Assembly (NCBI GenBank): GCA_964635015.1
Contig: CAZWMS010000002.1
Location: 647-64,646 of the forward strand
Source: an uncultured Gammaproteobacteria bacterium
GTDB lineage: Bacteria; Pseudomonadota; Gammaproteobacteria; Magnimaribacterales; Magnimaribacteraceae
Length of the DNA: 64,000 nucleotides
Direction of reading: 5' to 3'
Shown here: positions 55,985 to 64,000 of the stretch, one piece after another
Position numbering within the stretch: position 1 is the stretch's first letter
Layout of the letters: each line of letters starts with the position of its first letter
Notes under the pieces: model-generated
Told to the model about the DNA's origin: nothing
The model's input: only the letters and a program-made list of their open reading frames with translations
The model's database searches: none
Made by a program: the position numbers and the translations under genes

Positions 55985-57145
55985 ATGAATGTCTTGCTCA
56001 AGATATCACCAATCACTTTAATTTGGTTAGGTTTCTATTTTAGGCTACTTGCCTCACTCTGGTCAGTTGATTTTGGTTTGCATTTAGTTTTTACTGGAGA
56101 TGTTGCTCGTTTTCATAATATGGCTGTTACTCTCAATGATAATGGAGATATTTTATTGGGAAGGTCGATTTTGGGTTACGGTTACCCTTACTTTTTAAGT
56201 TTTCTTTATAAGATTTCAATGGAGTCTATATTTATTGGTGCAATTGTTTCCTCATTAGCTTGGCTATTATCTGGATTTGTTTTAATAAGGACTTTGAATT
56301 TTTTCTTTCTTACAAGAGCTAATTTTTTTATTGTCATTGCCTTATTTACCTTTTTGCCATCTTCTGTTTTGAATACAGGTGTTCCAATGAGAGAATCTTA
56401 CCTTCTATTATTTACAAATCTAACAATCTATTCATTATTGAAGATTTATCTTCATAAAGATGTAAGGTATTGGCTATTAATGTCTTTATGTATTTGCATA
56501 TTAGCTATTTTTCACCCTGCATACTTGCCCTTCGGCATGGCTGTATTAGTTCTTGCTACTTTTTCCTATGCCTTGAGAAACAAAAGAATTGTAAATTTAA
56601 GGAATGTTTTTATTTTTTCTCCTTTCTTCTTAATTTTTCTTTTCTTCATTTTCAATACTTCTTTCAGTTTATTTTCTCAGTACGCTTATGATTTAGATAT
56701 TGATGGCATAAGTGGTGCTGTTTCTACTTTTCGTTCAGGATCTGTTCTTACATCCCCAGGTTCTAGGGCACAATACCAGTCTTCTGTTCAAGAAATAGAT
56801 GGAGTGTTGGGTTTGATAACTTTCTTACCTGTATCGCTTTTTCAGTATTTGTTTGAGCCTATGCCTTGGAAAATATCTAGTTTAGTAGATATTATTCTTT
56901 TAATTGAGAATCTAATAAGAGGTATTTTAATTTTTTTTGCTTTAAAGGCACTTTTTAGTAAATCAACCCCCATGAGGAGAGTATTATTTATTTTAATAAT
57001 TTTATACTTCTTTATGGAGTTGATATGGTCTCTTGGTACTACAAATTGGGGTACTGCATCTAGGCATCATGTCCCAATTTTTGGTGTATTATTAATAATT
57101 GGTATTGCCTTTACGAACCAACCAAACAGAAAATATGCTTTGTAG
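55985..57145 (+). CDS. Polytopic membrane protein; candidate O-antigen/EPS polymerase or GT-C-type glycosyltransferase
   Basis: The protein is 386 aa with roughly 10 hydrophobic segments and one larger loop (DLDIDGISGAVSTFRSGSVLTSPGSRAQY). It lies between wzz and the rfb genes. I recognise no confident family. Confidence 0.45.
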   Translation: MNVLLKISPITLIWLGFYFRLLASLWSVDFGLHLVFTGDVARFHNMAVTLNDNGDILLGRSILGYGYPYFLSFLYKISMESIFIGAIVSSLAWLLSGFVLIRTLNFFFLTRANFFIVIALFTFLPSSVLNTGVPMRESYLLLFTNLTIYSLLKIYLHKDVRYWLLMSLCICILAIFHPAYLPFGMAVLVLATFSYALRNKRIVNLRNVFIFSPFFLIFLFFIFNTSFSLFSQYAYDLDIDGISGAVSTFRSGSVLTSPGSRAQYQSSVQEIDGVLGLITFLPVSLFQYLFEPMPWKISSLVDIILLIENLIRGILIFFALKALFSKSTPMRRVLFILIILYFFMELIWSLGTTNWGTASRHHVPIFGVLLIIGIAFTNQPNRKYAL

Positions 57146-57194
57146 CAAAAAGTAAAAAGATGATTATTTTTAAGAACGAATACAATAAAAACAC

Positions 57195-58235
57195 ATGAAG
57201 ACACTAATTACTGGAGGGGCTGGTTTTATTGGTTCAAACCTTATCAAATATTTAATAGAGAGAACAAATTACAAGGTTATTAATATTGATAATTTAACTT
57301 ATGCAGGTAACCCCAATTCTTTGGATCCAGTTAAAAAAAATAAGAGATATACTTTTGAACAGATAGATATAACGAACAAAGAATTATTATCAGAAGTGTT
57401 CCATACAGAACAACCCGATTCTCTTCTTCATCTAGCAGCAGAGTCTCATGTCGATAGATCCATACAGAATCCAGAACATTTTGTTAAGACCAATATTTAT
57501 GGTACTTACAATTTACTAGAGGTTACGAGGGAATACTTAAAGTCCTTCCCAATAAAGTGTAAGGATTTTAAGTTCATACATATTTCTACAGATGAAGTTT
57601 ATGGAGATCTTGAAATAGAGGAAAAACCTTTTACAGAGGAAAGTCCTTATTTCCCTAGTTCCCCTTACTCTGCCAGTAAAGCTAGCTCAGACCATTTGGT
57701 TAGAGCCTGGCACAGAACTTATAACCTTCCCACAATAATTACTAACTGTTCAAATAATTATGGACCCTTTCAATTTCCAGAAAAATTGATCCCCTTAACA
57801 ATAGACAAAGCATTGGAAGGCAGGAAAATACCTGTTTATGGAGATGGCAAGCAAATAAGAGATTGGCTTTATGTTAAAGATCATATAAGAGCTTTGATGG
57901 AAGTCTTAAAAAGAGGGATTGTAGGAGAAACCTACAATATAGGCGGAAATTGCCAAATATCAAATATTGAAGTAATTAAAATGATCCTAGATCTTATTGA
58001 AGAATTTTTACTAAAAAATGAAAAAAAAGGTAATCTCTATAAACTCATTGAATTCGTAGAAGATAGACCTGGACATGACTTAAGGTATGCCATTGATATA
58101 TCTAAGATAAAAAGAGAATTACAATGGGAACCTAAGGAGACTATCAATACTGGGCTTCGTAAAACTGTAGAATGGTATTTATCTAATAAGGATTGGACGC
58201 AAATTATTAAAAACAAATTTAAAAATAAGAAATAG
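57195..58235 (+). CDS. rfbB: dTDP-glucose 4,6-dehydratase
   Basis: The motifs GGAGFIGSN and [11 protein letters not shown] (YxxxK) are present. Length is 346 aa. Confidence 0.94.
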   Translation: MKTLITGGAGFIGSNLIKYLIERTNYKVINIDNLTYAGNPNSLDPVKKNKRYTFEQIDITNKELLSEVFHTEQPDSLLHLAAESHVDRSIQNPEHFVKTNIYGTYNLLEVTREYLKSFPIKCKDFKFIHISTDEVYGDLEIEEKPFTEESPYFPSSPYSASKASSDHLVRAWHRTYNLPTIITNCSNNYGPFQFPEKLIPLTIDKALEGRKIPVYGDGKQIRDWLYVKDHIRALMEVLKRGIVGETYNIGGNCQISNIEVIKMILDLIEEFLLKNEKKGNLYKLIEFVEDRPGHDLRYAIDISKIKRELQWEPKETINTGLRKTVEWYLSNKDWTQIIKNKFKNKK

Positions 58236-58256
58236 AAACATAAAGAGGGTTTAAAC

Positions 58257-59123
58257 ATGAAAGGTATTATTCTTTCGGGAGGATTGGGAACTAGGTTACA
58301 CCCCATAACTATCGGGGTTTCTAAACAACTCCTTCCAATCTATGATAAACCTATGATTTATTACCCCTTGTCAGTCTTGATGTTAGCTTCTATAAGAGAA
58401 ATTTTAATTATTTCAACACCTAATGACATTGATTCCTATAAAAGACTTTTGGGTAATGGAAGTCAGTTTGGAGTGTCAATAGATTATGAGGAGCAACCTA
58501 GCCCTGATGGCCTGGCTCAAGCTTTCTTGTTAGGCAAAGATTTTATAGGTAGTGAAAATGTATGTTTAATTCTTGGAGATAATATATTTTATGGTCAGTA
58601 TTTTACAGAAATGCTGAATAAAGCTTCAAAAAAATCAAATGGCGCTACAGTATTCGGTTATTACACCAATGAACCTCATAGATTTGGAGTAATTGAATTT
58701 GATAATGAAGGTAAAGCAAAAGGTATAGAGGAAAAACCTCAAAAGCCTAAGTCAAATTTTGCTATAACAGGTTTGTATTTTTATGATAATAAGGTTATAG
58801 ACATAGCTAAATCCCTCAAACCATCCTCTAGAGGAGAGTTAGAAATAACTGATATAAATAATGAATACTTAAAGATGGAAAAGTTAGATGTAGAGATTTT
58901 AGGAAGGGGCTTTGCTTGGTTGGACACAGGAACTTATGAAACTTTATTAGAAGCTAGTCAATTTGTACAAACACTTGAAAATAGACAAGGACTAAAAATA
59001 GCTTGTTTAGAAGAAATTGCCTACAAAAATAAATGGATAGACAAGGATAGGCTTATCTCCCAAGCCAACATCATGTCCAATACTTCTTATGGAAATTATC
59101 TTAGGTTAGTAGCTAAAAGTTAG
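58257..59123 (+). CDS. rfbA: Glucose-1-phosphate thymidylyltransferase
   Basis: The motifs [11 protein letters not shown] and LGDNIFYG are present. Length is 288 aa. Confidence 0.95.
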   Translation: MKGIILSGGLGTRLHPITIGVSKQLLPIYDKPMIYYPLSVLMLASIREILIISTPNDIDSYKRLLGNGSQFGVSIDYEEQPSPDGLAQAFLLGKDFIGSENVCLILGDNIFYGQYFTEMLNKASKKSNGATVFGYYTNEPHRFGVIEFDNEGKAKGIEEKPQKPKSNFAITGLYFYDNKVIDIAKSLKPSSRGELEITDINNEYLKMEKLDVEILGRGFAWLDTGTYETLLEASQFVQTLENRQGLKIACLEEIAYKNKWIDKDRLISQANIMSNTSYGNYLRLVAKS

Positions 59124-59127
59124 GTCT

Positions 59128-59658
59128 ATGAACATTTCAACAACAAATTTGAATGGAGTTTTAATTGTTGAGCCGGAAATTCATGAAGATAATAGAGGCT
59201 TCCTTTCAGAGACTTTCGTACTTGATAAATATGAAGAAAAATTTGGAGTAGATGTGAAATTTGTTCAAGATAATTTATCTAGAACTTTCAAAAATAATCT
59301 AAGAGGCATGCATTTCCAAAAAAACTTCCCACAAGGAAAATTAATTTATTCAGTTCATGGTTCTGTATACGATGTTGTTGTAGACATTAGAAAAGAGTCA
59401 AGTTCATTTGGGAAATGGATAGATGTAACATTATCTGCTGAAAATAGAAAGCAGGTTTGGATGCCTCCAGGACTAGCTCATGGCTTCTTAGTAACAACTG
59501 AATATGCAGACCTAATCTATAAATTTACCGATTATTATCACCAAGAAGATCAAGAGTGTCTTTTATGGAATGACCCTGAAGTAGGAATTGACTGGCCTGT
59601 AAAAAACCCAATTCTTTCAGAAAGAGACAAAGAGGGATTATTACTAAAAGACCTCTAG
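59128..59658 (+). CDS. rfbC: dTDP-4-dehydrorhamnose 3,5-epimerase
   Basis: RmlC cupin motifs DNRGFLSETF, RGMHFQ and PPGLAHGF are present. Confidence 0.93.
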   Translation: MNISTTNLNGVLIVEPEIHEDNRGFLSETFVLDKYEEKFGVDVKFVQDNLSRTFKNNLRGMHFQKNFPQGKLIYSVHGSVYDVVVDIRKESSSFGKWIDVTLSAENRKQVWMPPGLAHGFLVTTEYADLIYKFTDYYHQEDQECLLWNDPEVGIDWPVKNPILSERDKEGLLLKDL

Positions 59659-59717
59659 ATATCCTTCTAGCAATATCAATTTATAGAGCTTTTAGAGTAC
59701 TGAGAACCTAACAGAGT

Positions 59718-60950
59718 ATGAGTAGAAAATTAGAAAAGAAAAAATGTAGGTTGTGTTATTCAGATACAACTAAAATAGTGGATATAGGGCTATCCCCTCC
59801 AGCCAATAACTTTCATGATCTTCAAGGGCAGACTTGTTCAACTTTTCCTTTGATAGTGGATTTTTGTAGTAACTGCAAATGCATACAGCTTAGGGACTGT
59901 TTAGATAAGGAATTTCTCTACAAACATTATACTTATATAACTCCAGATGTAGAGCCTTTGACACAACATTATAAAAAAATCATTGCCCATCTTACGTCTT
60001 CTTTCTATATAAATAATCAAGCTAAATGCCTAGAGATAGGAAGCAACAATGGCTTATTCTTAAAAACTATTAAACCTCAAGTTTCAAGTATTCTTGGAGT
60101 AGATCCGGCAATAAATGTAGTAGAAATAGCAAATGATCTAGGAATAGAAACAATATGCAGCTTTTTCAATCAATCTGTTGCCAAAGAAATTAAAGTAGAT
60201 AAAGGGAAGGTAGATTTGGTTGTAGCAAGACACATGTTTGCTCATAATTCAGATCCTAAAATTATTTTGAAAGGAGTTAAAGATATATTAAGCAGTGAAG
60301 GAATTTTTCTTATAGAAAATGCATATGCTATCCCAACTTTTGACAAAGGAGAGTTTGATCAAATCTATCACGAGCATATGTTTTACTATTCAGTGCAAAG
60401 CATGAGATTTTTGTTGGAAAAATTTTCTTTTGAATTAATAGACTTATTTGATTCCAATTTACATGGAGGTTCACTTGTCTTTATAGCTGCTAAGAAGAAC
60501 AGGAAGAAGATTTCTAATAGAGTGAAAGAGTATCTTAGCTATGAAGAGAGTCTTTTAGATCGAGGAGAAATATTCAAAAATTTTAAGAAAAAAATAAACA
60601 AATTGAAAGATAAGGTTAATGTTGAAATAAATAGAGATATGGAAAACGGTAAGTCAGTAGGTGCTTATGGAGCTACCGCCAAAGCTTTTACCATGTTTAC
60701 TTATTTAGGCTTAAATAAAGATAAAATTAAATATTGTGTTGATACAACTCCTACAAAAATTAATAAATATTTTCCTTTCTTTGAGATACCTGTAGTATCA
60801 GAAGACCATTTTATTTCCAATCCAGTGGATACACTTTTAGTGACAGCTTGGAATTACAAGGACCATATTTTAAAAAAATCAGAAAAGCTATTTCCAAAGG
60901 GAACAAAACTAATTTTTCCATTACCAAAATTTAAAGTACATATTGTGTAA
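59718..60950 (+). CDS. NDP-hexose C-methyltransferase-type SAM methyltransferase
   Basis: The N-terminal Zn-ribbon-like CRLCYS...CSNCKCIQL carries the Methyltransf_13 pattern, including PPANNF and FPL. A class I SAM fold (LEIGSNNG) and a C-terminal domain follow, as in TylCIII/Cmt-type enzymes. Confidence 0.75.
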   Translation: MSRKLEKKKCRLCYSDTTKIVDIGLSPPANNFHDLQGQTCSTFPLIVDFCSNCKCIQLRDCLDKEFLYKHYTYITPDVEPLTQHYKKIIAHLTSSFYINNQAKCLEIGSNNGLFLKTIKPQVSSILGVDPAINVVEIANDLGIETICSFFNQSVAKEIKVDKGKVDLVVARHMFAHNSDPKIILKGVKDILSSEGIFLIENAYAIPTFDKGEFDQIYHEHMFYYSVQSMRFLLEKFSFELIDLFDSNLHGGSLVFIAAKKNRKKISNRVKEYLSYEESLLDRGEIFKNFKKKINKLKDKVNVEINRDMENGKSVGAYGATAKAFTMFTYLGLNKDKIKYCVDTTPTKINKYFPFFEIPVVSEDHFISNPVDTLLVTAWNYKDHILKKSEKLFPKGTKLIFPLPKFKVHIV

Positions 60951-60961
60951 GGATCTTTTTT

Positions 60962-62926
60962 ATGTGTGGTATAGCAGGCTTATTTGGACAGAAGAATAAA
61001 AGTTCTTTTGAAAAATCAGTAGAAACTATGATTCTCTCACTTTCTCATAGAGGTCCAGATGATAGTGGTGTTTGGAAAGATAACGAAAGCCAGGTTGTTT
61101 TTGGACATAGAAGGTTATCTATTTTAGATCTTACAAAGGCGGGTCATCAGCCTATGGTTTCATCTTGCGGGAGATATGTAGTTACCTTTAATGGAGAAGT
61201 CTATAACCACTTAGATTTAAGAAAGGAATTACAGAGCTTAGGAAGGAGTATTAGATGGATTGGTACTTCTGATACAGAGACAATACTAGAAGGATTTTCT
61301 TATTGGGGTATTAGAAAGACAATAGAAAAGATGGTTGGCATGTTTGCCGTTGCTATTTGGGACAAAAAAGAAGAGAGGCTTTTTTTAAGTAGAGACAGGA
61401 TTGGAGAAAAACCTCTATATTTTGGTTGGAGTGGTGGTAATTTTCTCTTCGCTTCAGAACTAAAGGCTATAAAAAGTTTAGCTACTTTTAATAATAATAT
61501 AGACAGAGGTTCTGTCTGTCTCTTTCTAAGGCACACTTATATCCCTTCCCCACTCAGTATTTATCAAAATGTCTATAAACTTCAACCAGGTTTTATATTA
61601 GATCTAAATTTAAAAGCTACAACTTCTCCACCGGGAGATACTTTTAATTCTCCAGAAATTAATATGACTCAGTATTGGTCACTAAGGGATACTTATCAAA
61701 CTGGCAAGAGTGATCTCATTAGTAATGAAAGTGAAGCTATAGAACAACTGGAACATAGTTTGAAAGAGTCAATTAAACTTCAATCTATAGCAGATGTACC
61801 TTTGGGTTGTTTCTTATCAGGCGGTATTGATTCATCTCTAATAGTTTCTTTAATGCAGTCCGAATCACAAAAACCAGTACATTCTTATACCATAGGTTTT
61901 AATGAATCAGGATATAATGAAGCAACATTTGCTAAGAAAGTAGCTAATCATATTGGAACAAACCATACTGAATTATATGTTTCAGCGAAAGATGCACTTG
62001 AAGTAGTTCCTCTCTTGCCACAGCTTTATGATGAACCTTTTGCTGACTCCTCACAAATTCCAACTTATCTTGTTTCAAAAATGGCTAGAGAACATGTAAC
62101 TGTAGCTCTGTCTGGTGATGCAGGGGATGAGTTGTTTGGAGGATACAATAGACATTTGAGAGCACCAGCTTTGTGGAATATTATTTCACTTATCCCACGA
62201 TTTTTAGTTCCTGGATTATCTGGAGTTATAAATATTCTTCCTTCCTCTTTTCTAAATACTATAGGTAATGTTCTTCCAAAAACTTACAAAACTTCATTCT
62301 TAGGACACAAACTTCATCGCTTTTCTGATAGATTGAATAAAATAAAATCCCAAGACGACTTGTACTATAGTTTAGTATCTGAATGGGATAATCCCGAGAA
62401 AGTAGTTTTAAATTCCAAAGAACCTAGAACTTTATTCAAAGATCCATCTTTACCTTTAAACTTAGATAATTTTCAAGAAAGAATGATGCTGCTTGATGCC
62501 CTAACTTACCTCCCTGACGATATCTTAGTGAAAGTGGATAGAGCTTCTATGGGGGTTAGCCTTGAAACCAGAGCACCTTTCTTAGATCATAGGGTAGTAG
62601 AGCTTGCTGCAAAAATACCTATAAATTACAAGATAAATCAGGGCAAGGGTAAACAAATTCTGAGGAAAATCCTTTATAAATATGTTCCTGAAGAATTAAT
62701 TGAAAGACCAAAACAAGGATTTGGTATTCCTTTAGGAGAATGGTTAAGAGGTCCTCTCAGAGATTGGTCGGAAGAATTACTTTCAAAGTCTAAGTTAGAT
62801 CAGCAGGGGTTTTTTAATTCTTCCTTTGTTAGGTCTAGGTGGGAAGAGCATTTGAAAAAAAGAAGAAATTGGGAGCATGGTCTTTGGAATATCTTAATGT
62901 TTCAATCATGGTTAGATTCTCATTAA
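60962..62926 (+). CDS. asnB: Asparagine synthase (glutamine-hydrolysing) family amidotransferase
   Basis: It has the Ntn nucleophile MCGIAG and the PP-loop FLSGGIDSS. Length is 654 aa. Inside a polysaccharide locus it is probably a sugar amidotransferase (WbpS-like) rather than the housekeeping AsnB. Confidence 0.85.
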   Translation: MCGIAGLFGQKNKSSFEKSVETMILSLSHRGPDDSGVWKDNESQVVFGHRRLSILDLTKAGHQPMVSSCGRYVVTFNGEVYNHLDLRKELQSLGRSIRWIGTSDTETILEGFSYWGIRKTIEKMVGMFAVAIWDKKEERLFLSRDRIGEKPLYFGWSGGNFLFASELKAIKSLATFNNNIDRGSVCLFLRHTYIPSPLSIYQNVYKLQPGFILDLNLKATTSPPGDTFNSPEINMTQYWSLRDTYQTGKSDLISNESEAIEQLEHSLKESIKLQSIADVPLGCFLSGGIDSSLIVSLMQSESQKPVHSYTIGFNESGYNEATFAKKVANHIGTNHTELYVSAKDALEVVPLLPQLYDEPFADSSQIPTYLVSKMAREHVTVALSGDAGDELFGGYNRHLRAPALWNIISLIPRFLVPGLSGVINILPSSFLNTIGNVLPKTYKTSFLGHKLHRFSDRLNKIKSQDDLYYSLVSEWDNPEKVVLNSKEPRTLFKDPSLPLNLDNFQERMMLLDALTYLPDDILVKVDRASMGVSLETRAPFLDHRVVELAAKIPINYKINQGKGKQILRKILYKYVPEELIERPKQGFGIPLGEWLRGPLRDWSEELLSKSKLDQQGFFNSSFVRSRWEEHLKKRRNWEHGLWNILMFQSWLDSH

Positions 62927-62938
62927 CCTTTTAAAAGA

Positions 62939-64000
62939 ATGAAGAGAGTTCTTTATATAACTTACGATGGTATCTTAGAGCCCCTGGGTGAATCTCAAGT
63001 TTTAAATTACCTGGAAGGTCTTTCAGGAAGCCATCAAATACATCTTCTAAGTTTTGAAAAGAAAGAAGATATAAAAAATGCAGTTAAATTAAGTAATATC
63101 AAAAAAAAATGTTCTAATTCAGAGATTAAATGGTTTTATATAACCTATCGTAAAAGTATATTAGGTACTTTCTACAATATTTTAACTGGGGTTATATATT
63201 CTATTTTTGTAGAAATAAGACATAAAAAAGAAATAGTACACACCAGAAGCTATTTATCTTCGTTAATAGGACTAATCTTAAAAATTCTTTTTGGGACTAA
63301 GTTCTTATTTGATATGAGAGGTTTATGGGCAGATGAGAAGGTAGATTCTGGAGTTTGGCTAAGAAAATCTGCTTTATTTAAGGTTTCGAAGAAACTAGAG
63401 AAGTTTTTCTTAATTAAAGCAGATAAGGTTATTTCTTTGACTGAATCTGGAGTAAAAGAAATAAAGACTTTTAATTATTTGAAAAATAGAGAGATTGACT
63501 TCGAAGTTATAAGGACCTGTACAAATTTATCACTTTTTAACCCTTCAGCTAAGAAAGAGGAAATTAACACTCCCGTGAAAGATAAATTTTTTAAACTAGG
63601 CTATGTTGGTTCAGTGAGTTTGTGGTATATGTTTGAAGAGGTGTTAGATTTTTTTAAAGCTGTGAAAGAAATTAGACCTCTTTCTATTATGCATATTGTT
63701 AACAAAGGAGAACATCCTTTTATAAGGCAGACTTTGAGAAAATATTCTTTTACTAATGAAGATATAATTTTAGAAACTGCAGGTCATAGTCAGGTAGCAG
63801 ATTCTATGAGAAAAATGGATGCAGGGATTTTCTTTATAAAGCCTTATTATTCTAAGATAGCCTCGGCTCCAACTAAGCTAGGTGAGTTTTTAGCAATGGG
63901 CATACCATGCATTACAAATAAAGGCATAGGTGATACTAGCAAAATTATTGAATATAAAAAATCTGGAATATTATTAGATGATCTTAAAAGAGATTCTTTG
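62939..64000 (+). CDS. Glycosyltransferase family 4 (GT-B); 3' end lies beyond the window
   Basis: This ORF is not in the supplied track. My own translation from the ATG at 62939 runs 354 codons without a stop to the window edge. It reads MKRVLYITYDGILEPLGESQVLNYL...RGLWADEK...TKLGEFLAMGIPCI, the latter being the GT4 E-x7-E region. Confidence 0.8.
   Translation, partial: MKRVLYITYDGILEPLGESQVLNYLEGLSGSHQIHLLSFEKKEDIKNAVKLSNIKKKCSNSEIKWFYITYRKSILGTFYNILTGVIYSIFVEIRHKKEIVHTRSYLSSLIGLILKILFGTKFLFDMRGLWADEKVDSGVWLRKSALFKVSKKLEKFFLIKADKVISLTESGVKEIKTFNYLKNREIDFEVIRTCTNLSLFNPSAKKEEINTPVKDKFFKLGYVGSVSLWYMFEEVLDFFKAVKEIRPLSIMHIVNKGEHPFIRQTLRKYSFTNEDIILETAGHSQVADSMRKMDAGIFFIKPYYSKIASAPTKLGEFLAMGIPCITNKGIGDTSKIIEYKKSGILLDDLKRDSL

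Noticed and set aside
1-64000. I looked for CRISPR arrays, defence systems, toxin-antitoxin pairs, prophage or IS elements, riboswitches and other structured RNAs.
   Set aside because: No regularly spaced direct repeats were seen and there are no cas-, restriction- or toxin-like ORFs. Every non-coding gap is about 150 bp or less, and none shows the conserved cores I know for FMN, TPP, glycine or SAM riboswitches, 4.5S, 6S or tmRNA.

Overview
The window is visibly AT-rich and very tightly packed. I call about 60 protein-coding genes and find no rRNA, tRNA, CRISPR array, transposase, integrase or prophage gene. Gene order is typical of Gammaproteobacteria. Examples are miaA-hflX-hflK-hflC-hisZ-purA, glyA-nrdR-ribD-ribBA-ribH-nusB, thiL-pgpA-ribA, xseB-ispA-dxs, and gyrA-serC-pheA-hisC-tyrA-aroA-cmk-rpsA-ihfB-lapA-pyrF followed by uvrC-pgsA. 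The compaction, the many overlapping start/stop junctions and the near absence of regulators suggest a streamlined, probably marine, gammaproteobacterium; SAR86-like is only a guess. Most of the window is ordinary core metabolism. The non-core parts are listed here.
(1) A small secreted ORF, translationally coupled to purA, is followed by a membrane-anchored Cys-rich DUF3604/PHP-like protein.
(2) A co-directional block of membrane fusion protein (MFP), RND pump, lipoprotein quinohemoprotein PQQ alcohol dehydrogenase and TonB-dependent receptor sits directly upstream of xseB-ispA-dxs.
(3) One protein carries three exactly 73-aa-spaced DnaT-C-terminal-like repeats.
(4) A surface-polysaccharide locus at the 3' end has rfbB-rfbA-rfbC, no rfbD in the window, and an NDP-hexose C-methyltransferase-type gene.
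Other points worth noting are that hfq is absent from its conserved miaA/hflX slot, lapB is absent between lapA and pyrF, and GyrA has Gln at the position equivalent to E. coli Ser83. I do not see a clear-cut novel system such as a defence island. The items above are the best candidates, and none has been checked against a database. All family calls come from motif recognition in the supplied translations; no search was run.
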